Shown: piece after piece, positions 36,557-48,500 of the stretch
Numbering within the stretch: the stretch's first letter is position 1
Layout: each line of letters starts with the position of its first letter
NCBI GenBank assembly: GCA_002633005.1
Contig: NMRA01000873.1
Location: 48,192-112,191, forward strand
Direction of reading: 5' to 3'
Origin: Phoronis australis
Taxonomy: Eukaryota; Animalia; Phoronida
DNA: 64,000 nt
The notes under the pieces: model-generated
Told to the model about the DNA's origin: nothing
Database searches by the model: none
What the model saw: only the letters and a program-made list of their open reading frames with translations
Made by a program: the position numbers and the translations under genes

Positions 36557-39500
36557 ATGGCCAAAAAGTTGTCTACCGAGGAGATAGAACGTGGAATAAA
36601 AGGCCTGCTGTTTAAAGACAAATCTGACTCCTTGCCAAGTACAAGCAGACCAGTGAGTGCTGTATCTGATATCCAAAATAAGTCACCTAATGTTAGCAGA
36701 CCTGTTGCTTCCTCGCCACTGTCTAGCAGCCAGCGAAAACGAGAGAAGGCGAAACTGCGGAAGCAGAGAAAACGAGACCAAGCTAAGGCATTATCAGAGT
36801 CCGAGGCCAATGAGACGAAGCAGCAAAGCAGTCCCATTAGGAACTTAGTTGAACAAAATCCAGCTATTCACTCGCAAAAGAATTCCAGTCCTGGTGTATT
36901 AACTAAAAATGATGAAGCTGTACAAAATTCACGCAAACAGAGAAGACGAGATAAAGCTAATGCGTTATCGGAATCTGAGGCTATTGAGACAAAACAGGAC
37001 GGTAGTCACTCTCAGAATTCAGTTGGCCGAAGTCCATTTATTCACTCAGGAAACCATGCTAAATCTGGTTTAGAAACCAATAACCATGGAACCCTGCAGA
37101 GTAAGCCTAGTACCCCCATCGGTGGCCAAGGAAAAAAGTCAAAACAGCACTATAGTTCTACGGGAGAGACTCCGGACGTGCATTTTGGAGAAGTGGATGG
37201 CTCCAATACATTAGATGTGATTGAAACGCCCAAAGAGTCGAACGACGCAAATACTAATGTGCAGACAATTCATTCCGAGGACAACATAGTACATTGTTCT
37301 GTTGAGGACACGCCTGACAGTCACAAAGGACTAAAGAGTGGTAGTAGTGTGTCAAATGCCGGCAGTGAACTACAAGAAGGAACATCTAGCACTTCAACTC
37401 CTGAATCAAAGTCACAGTCTGTTGACCAACCAAAACATGGTAAATAGTTAATATGTGTTTTCAGATTCAGTATATCAGTTTTGCCATATCGTATTAACAG
37501 TTTTTCTAGTACTTTTTTGTGCTGCTTATTTGGAAATTGGTATTTCTCACAATTTGCTATGTAATGGAAAGCGCAATAGTACCATCCAGAATTGAACTGT
37601 CTTCTGTTACAGAAGTAGAAAAATGTATGGTATAACCGGCATAGTATCAAAGTGTCGGACCCTACCTAGTGCTAAGACGGACAAGCAAAGAACAGTGTAT
37701 ATATATAGATTATTACATGGCGAAGTCGTTATCCCCGGTATTCTAGAGCCCGAGTGGATTTTGGAGAATTATCGCCCGAGGGGCATTAGCCCCGAGGGTG
37801 ATAATTCTCCAAAATCTACGAGGGCTCTAGATAAGGGGGATAACATGTAATAATTTATTTATACCTCATACTGAACAAGAAACATTGCAGTGAACCGATC
37901 TACCTTTCTCGACTTGCCTCAGCTTTGTAACTACTTTCTATGTCAGAGGCCCGGGGTCGGAGGTCGTGACCTTTTAAGAAAAGCCGAGCTTTTTTTGTCA
38001 AATAATGCTTTTACTCAAAGCCAATTGAAAATTCAAACAAAATAGAAATAGAGTGAATCTATAAATTGAGGTTTAGAAACTATTACAGCTTACTACGCGT
38101 TTTATCACGCCAAGGTTCAACCGGGAAAATATCGTCTGCTAAAGTAGGTTACCACTGGTAACTGAGTATAATGCTCAAGCCAAAGGATCCTGACCACATG
38201 ATATCCGCATTCAAATAGATCGGGCAAATACACGTGAGAGAACATGAGAGAAATATTTCACTGAATTAGAATATCGTTTTTGTGGAAATCATGCGTTTTA
38301 TTTTTCATAGCGTATAAATGTTGGTACATTGCCCTTTGTTGGACATGCGATTGTTGCGCGTGCTCATATAAGTATTCTATTTTCACATTCGATGACGTCA
38401 GCTTCTGAGTGGTGTTGTGGTAAAGTCGACGACTCGAAACTCTTGCGGACCGGGTTCGAAACCGGCCTCCGTTCCCGCCAAAATGTTATCTCAACAGTGA
38501 GATAACTAAATGGGTTATTACACGGTTGCATTGGCTATTCGAGGCTAATATTGTGTTATAATAGACTATATCTGCTCACTTTGTCAATTTTGGGTGTTAG
38601 CATTGCAACTCCCAATATTTCAAAAAAGTTGATAGCAGAAGACTTGTGATCCTACAATACTTCAGACATAAAATATTAACCACCACATTGGCCATAAAGT
38701 TGCAGCTTGACAGATGTGTGGCATTGTGGGTAAATGTTGTTGAAAGTAAGACTTCCATTGTGGTAATTTGGTACGAGCCTAGTCATAAGGATGTGTTTGC
38801 AATACAGCTGTAATTCTGCATGTTGTTCTGTTAAGGTACTGCAAGGGAAGGCGTTCAGGAAATTCTTCAGAATGAGGAGAAAAAATTGGTGGAAAATTTA
38901 ATATTTCCTCTTAAAAAGGTAATTTAAATAATTGTGCAGCACTTGGCCAGCCATACATTTATGTACTGTAGCACTGAATACTGTTGGTTGGACCAAGTAC
39001 ACAAGTCATGCATAATTTTGTGCTCTTGCACATTTTTCTTTTTATGAGTCAGTTTCCTTTATTTGTGACTAGTATAATTTTAATTCTCTCAGCACCATCT
39101 ACAACACTTTTGAAGTTGCATTTTCCTCATTTTCTGTATGGCCGTACTGTGTTGAGTTTCACTGAGTTCATTGAGATTTTGATTCAAAAGAGTAATATTG
39201 AAACGTTTGAGGTTAATTTAGCTTTTGGTCAACTGGGTGCCTCTGAGAAATGATCTGAACTCATGGTAGTTTTCCCTCAATTTTAGTTCATGAAAGCACT
39301 GTTGTGTGCCTATGCGCAGTCTCTTCCTTAACAATATAATACTTCTATAGAAGGAGGAGTCTGTCTGTCTGTCTATCATCTCCTCCTGCCCCTGCCAACA
39401 ACACCGCATATGGACATGGGTGTGACTCTGTGTGCTCATGCAGCTGTAATTGTTCTCAATTTCAGAAAAGCGATAAGTTTCCCAAAGCCAAGTACTTCTG

Positions 39501-42500
39501 CCGACTGTGTGACTACCACTGTGACGACGTCCAGCATTGTATGAAACACATCAAGGACACCAGACACTGCCGTTTAAAACAGGTGTGAGAGAAGCATCAA
39601 ACTATAGAGCGCTTTACTGATGATCGCTTGTCAATACATTAGAGGAACTGGTTGTAGCCTATATTGGGCACAAGAACCAGTTTTGGCTTCACTATTCCTG
39701 AACTGAGGGTCTGTTTTACCTCCACTGTCATTGTTAGCTGTCGGCTCTTGACTTTCTTGTCAATACAGCCAGATTTTGCCCCTTAAGCTAAAAAAAATAA
39801 AAATGTAATTGGACCTTTTTCTCTGGTAAAATCAATCTCATAGTATTCCTTACCGTGATAAGATTCTATTTCCAAGGTAAAATTTAGCTTTTAATTGGAA
39901 CAGAACTAATCAGTAATTGGTGTGTTCCCATTCTTCATGTGCTGGTTACATCACTCCATAAATTCACATTTTTCCTCATGTTGTTACAGCTGTGCCAACC
40001 TTGCAGTAAAACATTCTTAAATTATTGTTTTTGCTAAGAAGTTTTAAAGAGCCAAATTCCAGTAGGATGAATATTCATGTCACTGACTCCGTTACAATAG
40101 TGTAAAGTTACCTTCTGGAGTCATATAAAATTTGATAGAAACCACTAGCTTTCAGTCTCATCTCGGGTCTTCGTCGGGTGGAATGATGGGTAACTAGGGC
40201 CTCGCCTGTGTCTGCTATATCGTCATTGTTGTGTGTCATGCGATGTGACCTCTGTCGGGTCGTCAGGAGTAAGTTCTGGCAGATGGCGGGTAGGTAGTAG
40301 CTCGAGTCTCTCTTATGTGATGGAGTGTGCCGGCGGATTTCCACCACTTCACTTATCTTTCTGCACCAATACTTTGTTCTCTCTCACTAAGACGGTTGCA
40401 TTGTCCGAAGAGACATTGTGTGATGTCTGAAAACAGTGTTCACAAAACACAGACCCAGAGCCGGTAGATGTACAGATTGATCCTTAATCCTAATGCCGAG
40501 GTTCCTAGCAGTCTCACCCACATAACTTGCATTGCAGTCAGGGCAGTCGATCTTGTAGATAACATCCCATTTACGGCAATCATCAGACTTGTCCTCAGGG
40601 CAAACCAGGTAATTCCTCAGGGTGTTAAATGGTTTGTGGCAATTGTGACAATGATGACGTAACTGATATAGGCGATGCCCCAGTTACCTGCCATTCCACC
40701 CGACGAAGGTCTCGCGATGATACCAAAAGCTAGTGATTTTTATAAAACTTCATGACTCCGAAATATAACTTTACATTACTCCGTCGAATTCCCTTTTCAT
40801 TGCCATATTTTGTTGTGTACAAGAGTCCTGTATTTTGAGAACCAGTTTTCTCCACTGAATAATGGGTATCAAACTGGTTTTAGAAATCTGGTGATCATTG
40901 ATGAATTTTTACCTTTAAATTATTGATTAATAATTTGTAATAGCTCTTAATTCTGTTCTTTTCAGCTTCGTGACGAAGACAAGTTATTACACTGCCTTCC
41001 TTACCCAACTCCAGCTCACATCTCGGCTGTCAATGATGTCATGGTGTCCATATTTTCACGGTCAGCTCTGGAGCCTGCTGAACTGGACAAAAGGTGGCAG
41101 GCTATCTCACAAATACAGGAAGTGATCACCAAAAAACTACCAGGTATGAACTGTGACTGAGAGTGAGCTAATACATAAGCTGTGGTAATGTTTATGGGTT
41201 TGAAATGCTCTGTGCTAGACACTCGTATAGGTGAACAATGCTTTTTTGTAAGACGTTCTGGTCAATTTGGCCTATTTTATCTAATTTAAAGGTCATTTTG
41301 AATAGATTTCTATCGAAACTAATGAGAAAAAATAACATGACAAATAATTTTTCAAACCGAAAGAGTGACACCGTGAAACAGTTGCACAATGCAAACTCTT
41401 TGTGTCTGACTGGCACATTATCAGTTTCATAGCTCTGAAAGGCCTTTGTGGGATCATTGTTGCATGGAATAGACCTTGTGAAGGTATTAGCTTTGACCAG
41501 AGCTGTAAATCAACAAAAGTTGTTGTTTTTGAGATTTTATTGGAAATTGTCAGACATTCATTACAATCAAGTTTGTTGTCTGTACCAGTTTAATAATACT
41601 CTTATTTATAGCATGCTCTGCCATTTATGGTGTGGTGTTTTTGCTTGTCAACAGAGCATCAGTCTGCGACCATGAGAATCGCAGATTTGATTCTGCGATG
41701 AGGCTGATTTCAGAAAATCACCTGTAATCGCGATTGTATTAAGTTTTAATACTTGGTTCTGGTATAATCACTTCAGGCAAATGTTACGCTCCGTGAATGT
41801 GACTGAAAATCGACAGGAAATAACATTGCCCATTAATATTTTTGCTTCTGTTCATTTTTAGTTAGATGAAGTTGCCTGTGTCTGATGTCATCTAATTATT
41901 ATTAAGTACAGAAAAATTCTTCAGTTATTTCATGGAATTTGTCAAATCTACGAACCCAAAAACCTTGAATCTATGTAGTATACTTACTTATTAGTTTACT
42001 GGTGTTATTGAAGAGATCATCACTTTGCGAATTAATTTAGTTTGAATCATTTGTAAAACTTGCATTGTTTTTTGTCATCTTTTTGTAAACCAAGCCTGTT
42101 AATTAATTCAAAGGGAAGGTTGGTTTTCTAACTTTTGAATTGGTCCATTTTTCCTTTGCTGCGGGGGAGCATCAAAACTTTCTCCAGGTAGGGATTCAAG
42201 TGAACCCACTAGTTAGTTTAAAATCTGTGTCATTTCATGCTCCTGAAGCACATTTTGAAAGATAACAAAACATCAGTATGCTATTTTAACAGGACTGCTG
42301 AGTGAACAATTAATATTTCTTTTATTAATATTGCATACATAGGCTTTTAGAATTTCCTGAACTCATTTTGCATTACAGAGCTCAGTCTGTTGCCCTATGG
42401 ATCGACAGTGACCGGCTTTGGTCTGATGTCCAGTGACATCAACCTGGACATTGTCTACCGAAGTGGTCATAATCCAGCCCAGGTGCTAATGTCCAGTTTG

Positions 42501-45500
42501 GAAGCATTGCAACAGTCTGGTCAGTAGAAATGATCTGTTGTTTGTCAGATGAGTGTTAGTTGAAAGGACGTGCTCATTACGTGTATGTATCGTCCACGGT
42601 AGCCCAGATTGGTCTTAGGTCAGTTTATTTAACATACAGTACAACAGAAATTTTGTTTGTCACATTTCTCAACAAAATACCCATGAAGGGTAATGTAATA
42701 GTCACTTACAGGGGTTTTGCATTTTGAGAATCACTTTTCTCCGTGGAATAACAGGCATCAAAGTGGTTCTCATAATCGGGGACCCCTGTAAGTCACTGAC
42801 TCTAAGCCTCGCTTTTTGCCAAAAATTAACTCTTGATTTAGGCCACTTACAAGGAATAAAACTGGTCTTGACTTGTTTCTTATTCAAATCAGAAGTGATT
42901 TCTGCATTTGAAAGGGGCTGACTGTTCATTGTTGGTAGAAATCATGGTCAACAAGTTGGCTTGACACACCGGGTCTTTTATTTGCTAAACAGAGTCTCAA
43001 GCTACAGTAGCGAAGTATCAGTTCTTTCCAATCCCAAAACCCACTTCCCATCTGAGTAAGGAACATACTAGGTAAGTGGTCTTAATCAATTGTTCGTTTC
43101 TTTAGCAGAGCATGGGCTTGTAGTGCTTAATAATTAAAAGCATATTCACTACGTATGTTTATTATACGTCTCTAAAGTACGACATGCAGAAACATGTAGA
43201 TTTTATTGCATTTCAGAGGGTTTCACCAGTGTACATAGTGACTTCTCTGCCAAGTATCCTAGTATTACGGTTATTGTGGACAAGCTGGAGTGCTTGCTGG
43301 GTGTTGACAATGGCATGGCCTGTGAGACTTCACAGTTGTTAGAAACGTATGCCAAGGTCGACCCTCGTGTTCTTCAGTTGGGAGTCATATTTAGGCATTG
43401 GGCGAAGGTGAGTGTGGGAGGAAGACATAGAACAGTTAGTTTTAAACTAAGCATCGAAATTATATTTACTATTTCTTAGTTAACAATTAAAATTCTCTAT
43501 CGTTATTTTATCTATAGTTAGTAAACAAATCAGTCATTTTGCTTTGAATTTACTTTGTAAGCCAAGATTAGTGCGTTGTTTTAATTAGATCCGGACATAT
43601 TATCTCCACATGTAACCAGATGTGGTATTTTCATACAAATTATGTTGTAATGTTGGACATCAGAAGCAATGCTAAGCAACCATTTCTACTTATGATAACT
43701 TTTGCTAGTTCTCTTTCTCGTAAATTATCCTTTTGCCAAACTGTTTTTGAGGAGACTCACGAAATGTGGATTTCCGTGACATTTTGTTTGGCTGTTCTAG
43801 TTGAGCTGTCTCGTGGATGAGATGCTGGTACCACCTAGTGTCTCTTTTGCTTTGCTTCTGAAGTGCCATCATTGAGCGTGGACACATCCCAATAGTATGG
43901 TTATTACCTCATAGTTTGTTGGTGAACCTCTGCGTTAATTACAAAGAATTTCATGTTAGCAGTTTATTCGGTGTTCAGTTTGCAATCAGAATTGTCCCGT
44001 CATGTATATAACTCTCCGCTTTTGAGGCCAGCTAACACACCTATGAGCGAAGTCAGACTAGTAGAGAATGGTGTATTCTGTCCTCTCAGCTCGTTCATTT
44101 TTTGTGTGTTGTCATTAGCAGCTTGTTCTGCAACAGGAGAAATTTGTAAGCGTGCTGATATCCTATGAAAAACTAAGTTTGATGTAGTGATAAGCAGATT
44201 ATCTCCACATGTAACCAGTTGTATTTTCATACAAATTATGTTGTAATGTTGGGCATCAGAAGCAATGCTAAGCAACCATTTCTACTTATGATAACTTTTG
44301 CTAGTTCTCTTTCTCGTAAATTGTCCTTTTGCCAAACTGTTTTTGGGGGGACTAGTTGACAGTGGCGTATTATGTCCTCTCAGCTCGTTCATTTTTTGTG
44401 TGTTGGCATTAGCAGCTTGTTCTGCAACAGGAGAAATTTGTAAGCGTGCTGATATCCTATGAAAAACTAAGTTTGATGTAGTGATAAGCAGATTATCTCC
44501 ACATGTAACCAGTTGTATTTTCATACAAATTATGTTGTAATGTTGGGCATCAGAAGCAATGCTAAGCAACCATTTCTACTTATGATAACTTTTGCTAATT
44601 CTCTTTCTCGTAAATTGTCCTTTTGCCAANGTGACCATTGAATGTGTGTGTTTGTGCGTGTTCATTGTGATTCACATTGTATTACTGATAATAAATGTAT
44701 AATAAAAAACTTGTGTTATAACCACTATCAGTAAAATTGATAAAAATTGCACTTTTTTCTAGCTATGCAAGATTGACAGCCAAGAGGATGGTACCCTGCC
44801 AGCACATAGCCTTGCACTGATGACTGTGTACTTCCTACAGCAGGTCAAACCTCCTGTTCTCCCATGTTTACATGGTGTAAGTAAGCTTTTTACTGTCATC
44901 CTTTCTTGAACGTGTCTATTTAGGACCAAATGATTTCACTTTGAGACTACTAGGTTTAATGGTTTCATTGCTGTAGGGTTTACTGTAACCATAAATGCTA
45001 ACTAGTTATCACATGATGTTCTGCTTATTTCAGATTGGGACTTCATCTCAGGAAAATCCACACGACTATTTTAAGGATATTAAGAATTTGGTACGTTTTT
45101 CATGCAATTACAATGGAGTAATCATAGAGGTTACATTTGTTCATATACAGCGCTCACATGGCAAAAAATATGTTTCCAAGTTTAACTTTAATGTATTTAA
45201 AAGACTTTTTTCGAAATGGTGTTCATAGCCTTCGGCCATTGTTAAGTAGGTCTGCTCTTATACATTTCAGCAAAATGACCTCTGTTCAGATTGATTGTTT
45301 GCAAAAATTGCCTTTATGAAAATGTTTCTATGAAATTTAAATTGAATCGGCGGCTTCAAACCTGAAGAAAGCCTTGGTGATTGTTTTCCTTTCTCTCGCT
45401 GTAGTCCAAAGTGTGGCGGACCACAAATGAAATGTGTCTTGGTGAACTATGGATCAACCTCCTGAAGTTTTATAGTGTCGACTTCAACATGGCCGACAAT

Positions 45501-48500
45501 ATCGTGGGCATCCGTCAGCCGGGTCTCCTGCTTAAGAAGGATAAGAAATGGGGCTCCAAACGACTCGCCATAGAAGGTATATGCTATGCTGTTAAACACG
45601 CATTTCTCATCCAGTTTCTATTAGTTAACGCCCATCGTACAATTCTTCAGCATTATGTGAACATGAAAGTAACTGGCACGTGATCCAATCTCAAATTCCA
45701 GTGGTCAAAGATGAAGGAATTTTCTCTTGCTGTCTTTAACAGTTTTAAATGTATACCCATACATTTTCTGGAAGCCTGTAAATCATTAATTTTTTACTTT
45801 TTACCTGTTAAACATTTATTTGGTCACGTGACCATGTCAGTTGAAAACTTGGTGAAACAGGCTGGTGACGGGCAGAAACTTAGGCCGAAAACTGCTTTGA
45901 ATTAACTCCATCCAATCGTGTAGTCCTTTCTTAGAATGTAATGAATGTCTCAGATGTTTACTCCGTTTCCAATTGGTGTTAGCTCGTCATGTCATAATGT
46001 GTTAGAACTAGCTTGCTGTGACAGGAAAATGCGATTGTGCAGTCAATGTGCTTTGTTCAACATACGCATGGTCAGGTCCACCTTTTCCCTCACGTTTCAG
46101 ACCCGTTTTCCACCAAGCGTAATTTGACCCGCTCTGTCAGTCATAGCGAACTGTTCGAATACATCCAGGATTGCATCCGCAGTGCCTACAAATACTTCGC
46201 CATTCCCCAGCTGAAGAGCGGACCACTGATTACCAAAGTTGAGATGCGAGTCAACCCTTCCTCAGCCAGTCTCTGTAGCAACAGTTCCCATGGTAACACG
46301 GACCAACCATTGCCAGGTAGTGACACTGGATCACCATCGGAAGATATAGGAAGACCTGAGGATGATATTGACTCCCCTGGCAAGTCAAAGAAGGATACAA
46401 ACCGTTCCGGTGGACCAAAAGTACACAATAACACTGGTACTCCAACTGAGGCTAGCCAAGTTAAAGCTGCCAAAGAAAAGAATGCAAGCCAATATGACAT
46501 CAACAAGCTTGTGGCATTACTGGAATCCAAAAGCTCACCGGTGCTGTTCGATTCCGAAGGAGTCCTGGTGGATCTGAAGCGGTTGAAAAGTGTAGTTAAA
46601 AAGGATTTAGTGTTTGAACTAAAGCCTATGGGAGAAGAAGAGGTAACTTGGGTCTTGGTGGATGATACTTAAAAATGGGATGTGTGTAAAAATCTAAATT
46701 TTATTAACATTTCTTCAGTCTAGGATACAAAAATGAAGGAATTTTGCATTTGCTAAAAAAAACAAATTCTTCGTTTCCTGAATAAAGTTTGGTGAAACAT
46801 TTAGGAATTTTGATTCACCAAACTTAAAACTTGAGTGGCAATGGCTGTGGCCATACTGTAATCGGACATACTGTAAAAAAGTTGCTGCAAGGTGTGTTCA
46901 GCTCTCATGTTTCCTAACTAACGTTTTCTAAAAGCTCATTTAAATGGTTCATCCAAAATGTTTTTAACTTCTGGAGAATCTGAACACTAGAAAATGGCCA
47001 GACATTGAACACCTTGGCATTGTTCTCTACAAGTAGCATGCATAGATATTATTGGTTGACATGGTTCTCTACAAGTAGCATGCACAGATATTATTGGTTG
47101 ACATGGTTCTCTACAAGTAGCATGCATAGATATTATTGGTTGGCATTGTTCTCTACAAGTAGCATGCATAGATATTATTGGTTGGCATTGTTCTCTACAA
47201 GTAGCATGCACAGATATTATTGGTTGACATTGTTCTCTACAAGTAACATGCACAGGTATTATTGGTTGGCATTGTTCTCTACAAGTAGCATACACTGATA
47301 TTATTGGTTGGCATTGTTCTCTACAAGTAGCATGCACAGATATTATTGGTTAGGATTTCTTAGGTTTAGACGTAAAGACAATGGCTTGTGTTGTATCTAT
47401 TTGGTGATTTCTTGAGCTGATGTGAAATTTATAACTTGATTTTTCACTGAATTTTCACATGTTGTTTTATTTGAAGGGTCCTCCGATGGTTTGCAAGATC
47501 TGTCAGAAGAAGGGTCATCTGAAACAGAACTGTCCGGAGGAGAAGTTACCACGGTTACTACCCCTGCCCAAAATGAATAAAACTTATGAAAAGTTGTTGA
47601 CAGATGTACTGATTGAACTTCTAGGTAATGCATTTGGGATGAACATTACAGGGATTTATTAGAAGTGCTTGCTCGAAAAGATTTCTCAAAAGTCTCAAAA
47701 CATTTTGTTTGGCCAGTTCAATTAAAAGTGGGTGCATTATATAAATTTTGTAACCGCGATTACATTTTAATATAGAATAATCCAAATTAATGTTTCAATT
47801 AGCTGTAATTAGCTTTCAAAAGCCCTTATCTCATGTGACTAAGGACACTTATACCAGGGGACATTGCATTCAGCCTTGAGACATCTGTGTGTCCCATGTC
47901 AAGTTTCTTTAATTGTCCCATGTAACAATACAAATGATACAACGTATAGACAAGAATATCTGTGACATGGTGTGGTGAGAACTTTCAGCCATTAGTTTAA
48001 TGTGTCTTGAATTAATGTTCTGGTTTTAGGGGGTAGTAGATAAGTTTAAAACACATTATTGTTAATGGCAATCTGATTGTGAGTTTATTAGCCATTGAAG
48101 GTAAATATCTGTTGGTTATAAACAATTAGTTTTACTGTTTCACATTATGACAATAGAGGGGGTTTGGTGACTACCATTTGAATAACTTGATAGAAACCAT
48201 TGATTGCGAGTGGGACCCTGCATGTGCTTTTATATGGCCAAGCTTTGGCGGGATCTATTGGATACTCTATAGGGTGGTTTCAGAGAGCCACAAGGCTTAG
48301 CACCATTATTGTCACAGGTCACAAATGCCCGTGTATGTTGACTACCTTGAGTTATGATATGTATGACCATACATGAACAGTGACATCTTCTGGTCACATT
48401 CTCAGACTGTTGGTGGCTGCCCTATCTTTGTGCTGTAACAAACTTCGTTGTGCTTGTTGATTGAGATTGGTCTCGTTGAAAAGATGGGATAGCCTTGTGC

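Noticed and set aside
38401-38480. Functional tRNA gene (also 59890-59960)
   Set aside because: A/B boxes are present but I could not fold a complete cloverleaf with a paired acceptor stem. Both lie within repeat elements.
46987-47337. Cys-rich repeat protein ORFs on both strands
   Set aside because: By-product of a stop-free 42-bp minisatellite inside a TUT intron.
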